A DNA stretch of 64,000 nucleotides. Origin: Lingula anatina. Taxonomy: Eukaryota > Animalia > Brachiopoda. Each line of letters opens with the position of its first letter. The first letter of the stretch is position 1. The stretch spans positions 23,564,848 to 23,628,847 of the forward strand of contig CM120643.1 of NCBI GenBank assembly GCA_051362555.1, written 5' to 3'. Below, piece by piece: positions 1 to 12,300 of this stretch. The position numbers and the translations under genes were made by a program. The notes under the pieces were generated by a model, which ran no database searches, was not told the DNA's origin, and saw only the letters and a program-made list of their open reading frames with translations.

Positions 1-46
1 AAAATTTGCCAGATGTGTTGACCAAGTAAAGCTGGGTCTTCAGAGT

Positions 47-1012
47 ATGAAAGCTATGATCAAGATAGAAACAAAACACAAAACTATACCCGCCAAGGTT
101 CAACACAGAGCTTCGTTGCCCACAAGTAGTTCTCAGTATGAGAATTTTGAGAAGGAACAACTCCATCAAGTCCAGGGTCAAAGTAGAAAGCAATTCCGTC
201 GATTAATGCCAAAAGTTGTATTCACAAGAGGGTCACAAGATGACCTGTTAGTCTTGAAAATGGGGATCGAAGAGGAGGAGAGCGCAAGCGCACGGCTTTT
301 ACGAGAGATCGACGAAAAAATTCAAGATATCGAAATCAACATGCTGTACGCAGTAGCCAACGATGCTGGATACAAGTTGGACTTCGAACGAAGAGAATGG
401 CGGCGGCCAGACGGACGACTTCTCTCGATATCGGAATATAGCGACCTCTACTTCCGACTTCTAGACCACATTGTTCTGGCAGACGACACGTCCCGAAAGC
501 AGACAGCCCTTTCTGCAGAATTCGCGCTGAATCTCCGAATATGGGTCTGCGTGTACTTCGATTTAGAGCAACCCCTTAGCGAGTACCACCGTCGCCAGAG
601 GTCCGCCATAGAGAATTTGGTTCTTCTTCTGTCCTGGATAAAATATATAGAAAAAGAGCAACTTACGGGATACTCAAGAAATGAATATGAGCGCGTCATG
701 TCTCATCTGTGGACTCTTTTCCTGCGCGGCACAATACGAAAGGAAAAGGCAAGATGGCTGCTACAGGACAGATTCATGTGCGACGGATGGCTTCAAAATA
801 TGCGTTGTTTCCTCTTCAGGCAGTGCACGGACATTTATAATGAACTCTCGGACAAAAAGCTAAAACGACGTGTATTGCCTACCAAGAGAGGAAAGCTTTG
901 TGAAGATATAGCGGACCTATTTGATGTGTATGCCTGCCGGGTCCATTATGGTGTTGTTAAACTCTTTCCAACCAATGTCCTGGCCAAATCCTTATGGTTT
1001 GACTGGTTCTAA
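47..1012 (+). CDS. Unidentified intronless ORF, at least 321 aa, frame open to the window edge
   Basis: 966-nt ORF with protein-like, largely helical composition. The same frame has no stop from position 2, so the true start or acceptor may lie upstream. No domain recognised. Confidence 0.55.
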   Translation: MKAMIKIETKHKTIPAKVQHRASLPTSSSQYENFEKEQLHQVQGQSRKQFRRLMPKVVFTRGSQDDLLVLKMGIEEEESASARLLREIDEKIQDIEINMLYAVANDAGYKLDFERREWRRPDGRLLSISEYSDLYFRLLDHIVLADDTSRKQTALSAEFALNLRIWVCVYFDLEQPLSEYHRRQRSAIENLVLLLSWIKYIEKEQLTGYSRNEYERVMSHLWTLFLRGTIRKEKARWLLQDRFMCDGWLQNMRCFLFRQCTDIYNELSDKKLKRRVLPTKRGKLCEDIADLFDVYACRVHYGVVKLFPTNVLAKSLWFDWF

Positions 1013-4000
1013 AACCAACTTACTTTCTCCGGGCAAATATTTTTTGTAAAAGGATAAAACGACACCAAGTCGAAATGTCTGGACAAAGCAAAAAGAATTT
1101 TTAAAAAAATCTGTTTTCTGTTTGACTGACAGCTCCTTGAAGGACTAACCGCAAACGTTAATGGTTGAGCAAATGACTTTTTCTAGGTGATCGGTCACAT
1201 TATGCTGAATCCATTTCACTGCTCTTCAAAAAGATAAGTCTCACCATGTTCCCTACCCGTCGCTAACCACTGATATTAAGCGAAATATATCAGAATTTGT
1301 CGACTATTACCCACGACTTGATGTATAGTATAACGGAATCGCTTCTACGCAATCTGCTTTCAATGCCCACGGCAAGTCAAACGCGCGTCAGGCGCATGGT
1401 ATATGGTCATGGAATGGGGATGCTGCAGACCTTCCGCCTTAATAGACGTTGCGTTATGATCTGGATTAACAGCCCCTACGTTGTTACGGCTGCAGTGAGA
1501 CAAAGACTGGTGTTGCACGTTAAATTTTGAAATCAATGTTCCACGGCATCATGAGAATGCAATAAGACCAAAGGAACTGAAACCATGTGTCTCCAAATTG
1601 TCAAGTACGCACTCAACGTGGAATTCTAGATTTCACTTACTGTAATTCAGATATACAGTCTTGTATTCTGCAAGACAGTTTGCAAAAGGTCTACCCCCTA
1701 CCAGGGTCACAGACGAATTTTTCTGTAGATATTCACAGATATATCTCTGGTTTATTCACGACACGATTCTCACGATTGAGAAACGTGCTTTTAGTTAATC
1801 TGCGGCCCTGGTAGAGGGTGTGAAAGGTCAGGCATTCAGTTTTTTTTCTCGTATGTCCAGGGATGCTACTTTCAGATGGACAGTGCTATTATATTCGCCC
1901 ATCGTTAATCTGTCCCAAACACAAACGTCCAAGGAGAATGCAACAAGGTTAAACCATGACGTGCTAGAATGGATGTAAACTATAGCTTGCAGGTCTATGT
2001 TTCTTGAGGAAATTTTGGTGGAATTTGGTGACGCTATGAAAACTTTTGATTGTTTTATTTTTTTACTATGCGGAAGTACGTTGTGGCTGCCTTTCCAAAA
2101 TGCATTTAAGGTATTATAGGGTGCTAATGTGTCGGTACATCCGTATCTTCCGTTCCGAAATATTTCAAGGGGGAACTAAAACATTTTTTCAATTTTCTAA
2201 TCTCAGAAACGGTCGCATAGCTTAAGCTCCATGAAACAGAAGGAACTATATGTCAATCCGTTATCTGTTGTGCCGCTCAGGCTGACAAAGTTCATAAATC
2301 ATTGTAAATGAGATTCTGATGAAAACGAAAGCCACTGAACGTGTTCAAAACCTACATGATGCATTATGGAGGTTTTTTGTGTTAAAAACATTGTCGGTAT
2401 GCTTGGAAACGTGACAAAACATAGGTATGAGAAGTGGTGTTCTGAGAAATAAGCATTAGCGCCAAGATACCTGCAGCTGTTGCTTTACTGTCTGTATAGA
2501 AATAAAGCTTTCAAACGAAACGCTTTCATTTACTTTTTTCAAACTCTCTCTCTCAGGAGCTGAACGAATTGGAAAATGAATTACAAGAAAGGGCAAAACA
2601 TTAATACATCTTTCTGTTATCTTCTAAATCAAAGCCAAAGAAAAAAAGAAAATCAATCAGTTTTGGCATAATTATGATACGTATCAAGTAAGACATTCAC
2701 CAGACATCACAATGTAAAATCGCCATATTAAATCAAAATAACAAAAAAGATGGTGTAATTATGACGTCAATAAAACCCACGGGGCCTGCCAGGGGAACGT
2801 AGCAAGACAGTGACTTCTATAACATCGGTATACGCTAGCAAAATATTGAAGCCCGACAAATCCAATAACGTTCAATAGGTCTTGTCTATAAACAGGCGGA
2901 TCAAGATCGGTGCTGTGAAACCCATGGACCGTACGGGGATAACCCGGTTTTATATTATAAGGCAAATAGCATCTGACAGTTGTCAATATTACAACATTAA
3001 TTTGGTTAAAGTTACTTCTCCGTAGCATCATTTTTGAGACCGTTATTCTCGATTCCCTAATAGACCAGCAAGAAACTGTTGGTGTTAGCTTACAACTCGA
3101 AAGTGAACAACCTCTCGAGATATTCCCCCAATTGAAATATTTAAAAGACAGAAAGATTCGACAGCTTGGCTCTTTGACAGCCACTAAAACACGAGAAGTT
3201 GAGCGAGAAAGTTACAAAAAGTATCTCCGAGGAAACTTTTCTAATTGATCCCACGCTTACTAGAAGTCTCAACTCTGCTGTACATGAAACCGCCGTTCTA
3301 CGTGACAGCATCGATAATATCAGTCGTACAAAACGTTCAAATTCCCTCGAGCTTTCTTAACAAAGCAATTCTCTGCCCATTTCGATTTTAACTTCCTTGA
3401 AAAACAGATTAGTGATCTCAATCCTCCGGCGGAAAAGCCGCTTAATTTTTTCTTTGCACGCGAGAAATCCTTCATCACAAGCCGCAAACTGAAGAATAAA
3501 AATCTTAAAACAAACGTTCGCATTGCTAAATTAAAAGAAGGCCCCAAGGCTGCAAACATTAAAGTATTCAAAGTCAATACATTTATGAACACACACATAT
3601 ACCCTATCATTACCAAAGCAATAACTGCAGAGTAAGGATGAATCATTTTCAGAAAAGGTAGAATTCTATAAACCATATATAGTCAGATGTATATGTATAG
3701 AAAGTAGAAGGCTTATGAGTGGAGCTGGTAAAAACGAGCTTCGTTAAAGGCAGATTATCGTTCTTTTTACAATATTTTTGATTAACTTCCAGGTTTCAGA
3801 TCAACTCACAACTGCAAAGCACATGTTCATTGCAGATGAACTATGACACAAAACAACTTGTAAACTTCATAAAATCGAAATTTGCCATGTGTAACATAAT
3901 ATATACATATTGCACTGTTTTTATTTTCAAATAAGACAAGTTTTCTCTAATAAACACCACACAAAACTAGTTGTTAGCAAAGCTTGTTAACTGCAACAAC

Positions 4001-4253
4001 ACAGATTTTGATTTCAATACATAATGTAAAAATCGTCAATAGAGAAAAATTCATCAAAATCCTATTGCCATAGACAGCGTAAAATCTTCAGACTTCTATT
4101 ACATCAAAACCCCATCTACAGAGCCATTATATTTTAAACGTTTATAAAATTAATTGCACATCAATTTCTGCACACAGATTTTCTAAATCATACTTCTGAA
4201 AAAAAAAAAGAAAGAAAATGGCAGTTATAAATTCACGTTGGAACTTCATTTCA

Positions 4254-4483
4254 TTATTACCTCCGCCAAGGAGGTTATTTTTTCACCCCTGTTTGTCTGT
4301 TTGTTTGTCATCAACATAACTCAAAAAGTTATGAACCGATTTTGATGAAATTTTCAGGAACTGCCAGAAGTGGGCCAAGGAAGAGATGATTAGTTTTTGT
4401 TGGTGATCCGGATCAATAATAAAAAATAATCAAAAATCGCTGCCTTGGCGGAGATCTGCGCTCTCGGAGTGCTTTTCTAGTTT
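4254..4483 (+). mobile_element. Non-autonomous Helentron/DINE-1-like (HINE) element
   Basis: Subterminal inverted repeats CTCCGCCAAGG (4261-4271) and CCTTGGCGGAG (4443-4453), GTTT/GTCT microsatellite core, 3' hairpin GCGCTCTCGGAGTGC (4458-4472), end CTAGTTT. Confidence 0.8.
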
Positions 4484-4663
4484 CTCCATTTAATCACTCT
4501 TGATTTTGAACGTGTGAGATGGCAGCACGCCTTTACTTGTAATCAATATTCTGTCACGATATTGCAATCAAATCTGTACTAGGTAATTATAAATATGTGC
4601 ATGATGAACCGGATCTGCTCTTAAGGGGCATGCAATGTGCATTAAGCCGTTTCACAGAGCAAA

Positions 4664-4664
<1 letters not shown>

Positions 4665-4722
<58 letters not shown>
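4665..4722. repeat. (TAA)n microsatellite
   Basis: Read directly from the sequence. Confidence 0.9.
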
Positions 4723-4724
<2 letters not shown>

Positions 4725-5078
4725 ATTTTTAATTAATTAAATAAATAGAATAAAAATAATCATGTAGAAATGTCAACTTTTTTCTTGGTTGTTGTCAAGG
4801 TTACGTATTCCCTATCATAAACTGTCGAGGAAATTATAATTAACACACCCTTTTACTGAAATGGCTTGTGATTATTCAAATAGCTTTGGACAGGACAACT
4901 TGGTGATAAGGAGAAAAAGAATTGATATTTCCAATAAAACTTAAGTTTTGTTACATACTGGTCTAAACCCCAATTTATGTATCAAAGCCACGACGCTGAC
5001 CTCCATTCGAGATTCTGATCATCTCTTAAAATATAAATATTTTATGACATAAGAAGACTCGCATTGTCCCCCTTTTGA

Positions 5079-5427
5079 AAGGGGGTTGCGTGTGATATCA
5101 CAAATTGTTACTCAATTTGATTGGCCAACAAAAAGAGCATGGAAAATAACATGCAAGTTGCAACCCTATGGGAAATGGCGAGATGGAATTCAGCTTTTTT
5201 TCTCAGCAGAGGATGAGGATTGCATTCAATTATCACAGAAATGGTCCTTCATGCATATACTTTAACATGCCTACTTAAAATATGTGACATTTAAAAAAGT
5301 GGAATTATCATTTAAAACACTCAATTTTACCAGTGCTCACCTGAAGTACAAAAACTGCCCATCTGGCCATCTGCTACTGAGTCCGGTTAATCTATGCTAG
5401 AAATGACGTGTGCACATGCAACCCCTT
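5079..5427. mobile_element. Degenerate TIR element (MITE) downstream of IPO4
   Basis: AAGGGGGTTGCGTGTG (5079-5094) is an imperfect inverted match to CACATGCAACCCCTT (5413-5427). No clear TSD. Confidence 0.4.
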
Positions 5428-5691
5428 ATATACTAGAGATTTAATGACTCAAACAATGAAAATACATTGCTGCTGTTCTAAAGGTTCAGCATAAAATGGC
5501 TGTATTGATAAAAAGCAAAACAAAAACAGCAAATAGTATGTTTTTCCAGCAACATACTCTTAAAATAATGAGCATGATCACAAGCAGGTCATGTTACCAT
5601 GGGGACTAATATAAATAAATAAATAAATAAATATATGATGTGCCCATGAATGGCCATCAAAACTATATCATGTAACAAGCCGTGCCATTGG

Positions 5692-6305
5692 TCACGTTGC
5701 CTGGTCACATGTCAGCAGTTTATTGGCCAGTTCCTGAGGCATGGAGGACAGCGCTTGCTGAAAGACGTCTGCTCGCGTCATCTGAATGTTTACAACCATT
5801 TGTACCAAGAGGTTCTGAATATCTAGAAGATGACAAATAAATAATTGAAATTGTGCGCAATCTCAATTCATTTCTTTCTCTAATTAAATATAAACACATA
5901 TAAGTGCACATGCACCTCTCCCATTTTTGATCTTGTTAAATTTGCACATATTTTTTTATAAAACCAATATCTGGATAGAAAATAGATTATGAAACTTAAA
6001 AGTATTTGGTCTTTTAATAAAATGGTGTGGTTCATGCTTTTTGCTATCATTCATAAATGTAACACAATCCATGACATAATGATGATATAATCATATAATA
6101 ATCAATATAATGATGATCCATTATTTCAAAATGATCCAAATTCATGATTTATACCAAATTATGACATAAATTACACATTCTCAATAGACAACATGACAAA
6201 ACAATTAAAATATACATATTTCACTGTTTCAAAACAAAATGGTAGTCCAGAGAGCAAAATCTCTAAAGTGTACCAGCACAGCAATGGTTGAAGTGGTAGC
6301 AGGAG

Positions 6306-6346
<41 letters not shown>

Positions 6347-9300
6347 ATTTCTTGGCCCAGATATTTGAATTCTGCATCCCTTACCTTGGTTTATTTGTTC
6401 TGTGCCTATGACTTGTGCACTAATGTAGATCAACTTTGGGAGAAAATTGACAATCTGAAATTACAAGTGGATAACATACACCTAGTGTTATACTGGTCAA
6501 TTGCATTCTCTTAGTAGGCTGGATATTAACTATATTTTAGTTGATTAAAAAATAAGTTTTCTTTTACTTATGTCAACATAGAAACTTTTCTTGACATAAT
6601 TCTTGATACCATTTCCTGTTCTCAAGTTTCAATGGGTCTGACTGAGATAATAATAGCTTTTTAACATCATGATCTCACAGAAACCATTTTAAGTTTCAGA
6701 TATCTTACTTTGTCCTGATAAGCACCATATAACTTCCCAATACATGAAAATACTGTAACATTTTCCTCAAAATCTTCTTTAAGGGGTAGAAACTGCAAGA
6801 CAACTGGCAAAACCTGTAACATAAATTTTGCACACATAAAAGCATGATATTCAATTTAAAAAAATTCTCTATGCTTTTTTTATAATATGCTAATTCAACT
6901 CTGCGACAGAAATTAGTAAGAAGCAGCTCTATATACCATCCATATGAAAATAGTGGTTATACAGAAAAAAAAACATACATTTTACTGACAAAGAAAAAAA
7001 TCTCATGACATGAAACTAACCCAGAATGTGGACCAGGTGTTAGATGAGATACACAAACTTGTATTGACAATAAAAAATTATTTTTGGAAAATAACAACAA
7101 AAGGGCTGATGTTTTGCATTAATGTTGTAAATACAATAAAATATAACAGGCCAGTGAGAATCAAATACATTTCATTTAAAATGAACTTGAATATACAAAT
7201 TTCATGGATATTTTAAAAGGCAATATGGACTTTAAAAGGACTTAAATTTTTCTCTGGACATCAAAATGTAAACAAGGGGTGCAGATTCTCACAACTGAAA
7301 TTGTTGATGTCCCATAACATTAAGAACTGTGTTACCAAATCAAAAAATGTAGTGCATTCGGGTACATTCTCAGAAAAAGAAAAATCTATTATCACACTAT
7401 TACTGTTTTAAACTGTTAAAACTTCAGAGAGGCAATGCCTTCATACCTGATCTAAAGGCACATGTTCTGGGTTCGCAAATATCAGTCTGCACACTGCAGC
7501 ACACGTGTTGTCCATGACGCGGGGAACAGATTCTTTCTGCAGTGTCTTGTATAAAACCTCCAGTATATGAGGGTATTGGCTACAAAATAATAATACAAGA
7601 AATGCAGTTAATGAAATATTGAATGAAATATCAAAATTAAAAAAAAAAATTCTTCATTATTCTTCTGTCTAAAACTTGTGACAATCTAGATTTTTTTTTT
7701 TTTTTACATCATCTTAGTTTTTGATATGTGCTCCAAACAGTGTCAACATTAAACATAGCAAGGCATACAACTCAATCAAATTCAACCTTGACCAGGGACT
7801 TACTCATGGATGACTTTCTTACTCATGGATGACAGAGATATTTTCTGACAGTCTCCCAAATTACCTTTGTTGATCTATCCTCCATTTTTGACCCTCTTTC
7901 GACAGAAAAAATAAGATGCCCATATACTTAAAAATTCTGACCGTCTTCTAGAAGACCCAGAAGATGGCTTCTGTCCACCCCTGTTACTCATCCAGTAACT
8001 TGCACCAACAAGTCAGCCATGTGATCAAGGCCCTTTGATGATGAAGGGTTGAAACATCATGCTTCAGAGGTAAAAAAATCTTAAAGGTTCATTCCCTAAA
8101 GGCGTCTACTAAAATCGAACTAACTCTGGGGGGAGTCTTGCTGAATGCAATCAGTTTTACAGAATAACATGCCTCCTGGCATCGAGTGGAATACAGGAAA
8201 GTCAATGATTGTATGAGTGCACTGAGAAACAAGAAGAGGTGTGTTAATCTGTTAAACTGATTGCATTCAACGAAAGTTCCTGCGAAGTTGGATTGACCTA
8301 GTGTGTACATGTAGATCAATAGTTTCATTGGGAATGAGCCTCAAGTCTCTTTGAAAAACATTAATTTTACTATATTTACCACCCAACTATTTCATATTTG
8401 TACATGTAACACAAGACAAGTTTTCACCTCAGCAAAGCATCTCCAGAGTTGGCGACCAAGATCCCAATGGCAAATGCCGCGTTCCCTCTCACTTCCTCAT
8501 CCTCGTCCCTGATCCCAGTCATGTACACTGGGTACAGATGCTGGACAAATGGACCAATTGCTGGACCCAGTGCCTCTGTGGTCTCTGCCAGGGTTCCTAT
8601 GGCAAAGGACTTTTCTGCTATGCTGCTGTTCTTTTTCTGAAAATCAGAGATTGTAAGCAGAAATATAAATGACTTAAAGTTTATATTTTGAAAAAAATGG
8701 ACTGAGAAAGCAAACTGCTATTTAAAAAGCCACTTAAAAAGGTACAGAAAAACTTTCCCCTTTGGTTTCCTAATATTACTGAATTACTTATTCCTAGCAA
8801 AGTAAGAGTCTAATTAACTCCAACTCTCCTCACAGCCCTGATCAATGGTGATAACCAAAATAAAATCTTACCAATCTTTTTAAAAGTTCAGGTAAAAACC
8901 CAGCCATGTAGGGGGCAAACTGTGCCCCACCTGCAGCCTTGGCAAGATGAGAGATAACATCTCCAGCATGTTCTATCAACATCAGATCATACTCTGCCTC
9001 ATCATCCTCTGTGTCTTCTTCAGTTGACTCATCCTGGCAGGCAGTCTGGAAATTATTTCATTTTTTCATTTGAAAATTAAGAAAAGGGTCATGGCGTACA
9101 TGTTAAACAAGATTAAAATGACTCAATGGGTTCAGGGCACAATTATTAGCTTTAGTTAGGATATCACCAGACCTTCTTATTAAAGAATGATTTCACAAAA
9201 ACCTTGCCTAGTAAATTTACATAAGCTCTAAAAAGCAAAAATTGTAACTCTGAAATCAAGCACAAATTGAAACAATGATGAATTTAGATTATAGATTCTG

Positions 9301-12300
9301 AAAAAAAATTAAAGAATCAAGGTGCTTTGCACATTCATCAGCTATCAATTATTTCCACATGTGTTAATTCAGGTACTTCAGTTTTTGAGAAGAAAACAAG
9401 TGATCAGAATTATTCTATGATGCGAAAACGGTGCTTTGATTTCTAAAATGACTTTGGAAAACTGTCAGCCTAGGCAACTACACCTTCACCTTGCTTACCT
9501 TCTGTTGAAACACATCTTTCACACATTTAGCAATCCCTTCAAGGTGGCCTTGACCTTGTAGAATAGGGGCCTTCACTTTCTCCAGCATGGACTGGATTGT
9601 TTGTAGTGCTGCCATGACAACAAATCTGTCTGAGTCTTTCTCAATCACACTGATCAGTTTAGGGACAGTGGTGGATAGCATCTCAATCATGCCTAGATGT
9701 AAATCAATCAAATAACTGCAGTAACCTTAAAATATTTTTAAATTTAATTTTTTGTGAAATTACAAAAAAAAAAAACAAACAAACAAACAAACAAAATCCT
9801 ACCCTTTTTGCTATATTTACACTTTTTGCCATCAAATTTGTACATGTACTTTGTTGGGAGGAAAACAAAAAAGCAAGATTACCAACTAAAAACATTTAGC
9901 ATAGACTTCCATTTGCTAAAATTTTTTACCTGGTCCAGTAGATCATATACTATGCATGGTACTGAGACCATAAAAAGATCTTCTTGAAATGTTACTTGGC
10001 TTCTACTCTTACAGTTCAAAACCTATATAATACTAACCCTGTTGCGCTTGTTGGTCTCCACTCTCCATGGCAACTGCCCCTAGGGTGCAGCACAGGTGCC
10101 CCACTGCTATAATAGAGCCTTTACGGATGTTAGGTGCTGGGTGATCGTACAATTGGGTAACTGCCTGGAAACTTTGTTCTAAGTATGGCATGAAAGCTGC
10201 TCTGAAATTAAATGTACATTTGTGAAATTTTGGAAAAATAGACTTGATAGACTTATCCAATACAAGATTAAAGAGATAGCTAAATATCAATGAACTGATT
10301 AAGATATTGAATTCTGTATGCAGAGGTGATCACTAAATAACTATGAGAAAAATATATAACTTTTTCATGTAATTTCAATATAATTATCTTTCTTCTTATA
10401 CTGTCTTGTAGTTAAAACATATTTTCTACCAGGGAATCTTATATTCATTTCTAGCTAACAGATAAAATATGCAATTACAATAACTATAGCTTTTATTGCA
10501 TCATTTCTTTCAATTAATTTTTATCTATTAACACCTCAATCTTCTGTAAAATATTTTTGCTTGTTTCTTTCCTAAGCAATATTTTTACCCAGGCATCCTG
10601 TATGACATGCTATTTCTCATATTGGTGTAATATTTCTACTCACCCTGTATGACTTGCTATTTCTCCAAGTGAACAACAAGCATCTTCCTTTTCATTCAAG
10701 TAGGCATTCTCTACACTGAATCTGAAGAACATTTCAAATTAAACATTAATCTCTCAGCAATCCATATGCTTTTGGACTAAGCCATGAACAATAAGTGGAG
10801 TTTCAGGCTCTAACATTCTTAGTATTTTTAAACCTAAAGCCTTCTCTCATTTAAAGTGCATTTTATGTTGCACTCTTTATTTTCTTACTTCTATAAAGAT
10901 CAAAGAAGTAGAAATGTAAAGTTAATTTAAAATTTAATTAAAAATTTAAATACAGCAGTCTTTTGAATTATATAACCTTACCCAGCTATGTCATCATCCT
11001 CATCTTCCTCATCAATAATATCCTCAACATCCTCTTCTTCCTCTTCATCCTCAAACACACGGAAGGCACTGTCCTCATCGTTATAGTGAGCCTGAGACAG
11101 AATTTGATAAGAAGGCTATAATACTATATTATAGCATTTTGATTCAACTATTTTCCTTGTGTGTGTAAATAAGGAATATACAAATTTTCGAAATATTTTC
11201 AAATAAAAGATTCAATAAAAGCTAATCTAGGAAGCATTTATTAATATGTGAAATATTGTTTTGAGAGCCAGCTGCTTTTATTCTCAAAACATGTGATGTT
11301 GTCAAAAATCAAACACTTATGTTAAAAACTTTGCAACCTTAAATAATTTATGTCCAAAAATTTTTGTGAAACTTTTTTTTTTTGGTATAAGCTGAAGCTG
11401 TAAAATTTTAAAAACTTAAAATTTAGCTTTAAGCAAGGAAATATTACAAGCTGTGGGTCTTACTGTAATCCCCTCTGTAGATTTAACTGAGTCAAGCATA
11501 TGGGATACAATGGTTTGTAAGTATGGAGCCATATCAGTCTTCCCCAACGAGGCAATGGCGGCAAACAGACCATAGACACACCTCCTTAGATCTGGGTCTG
11601 CCGTGCTGACCAGAAGGTTAATTCCCAGCTGTATGCTCTCCACTGCTAGAGGCTGAAAATTTTCCTTGCCTATTGTGCGGGCAAGGGCACCTAGAGTATC
11701 TGAATTAAAAAACAAAGTGCATTATTATTATTATAATTAGTATTATTTTAAAGGAAAATTAAGAAATTTAACAAAGCCTCACCATCATTTTCCATCAATT
11801 TAACACCATGTTCTTTTACAATGCCATTATTCCCACTCTTCAAAAACTGATCACTAGATGGAGACACCTGTCAGTCTTCCCTACAGCATTTCACATTATA
11901 AGTAAAAGAACACAATCTACTAATTAATAAATCAGTCCAATAGAGATTTGCCTTCAGTTACCTATAGCCTGGACTTGAACTGTGAGTTGATCTGCTGACA
12001 CGGTGGGTGCCAGGTAAAGTTTCAGTTGTTCCATGATTGCAGGGAAATATGGCAGTAGTTGCTCCTCTGCTGCATTGGCTAAAAGTTTGATATATAAACG
12101 TAGCATTGTAGTTAAGAATTTTAGTTTTTACATGCAGTAAGCGGCATCTTGTCTGGTGCTAAGCTATCCCTAATCTCATTATCATTACATATAAAACTTT
12201 CATTCTTAAAGTTTTGAAATGAAGATGGTTGTTTACTTTTTTTCAACAAAAATAATCATTTGGCAGCTTAGAAAAAAAGTACATGTAAAGTGTCCAACTA

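Noticed and set aside
2759-3676. Minus-strand ORFs of 141 aa and 118 aa (hydrophobic)
   Set aside because: No recognisable domain or convincing splice structure. Hydrophobicity is expected from T-rich DNA.
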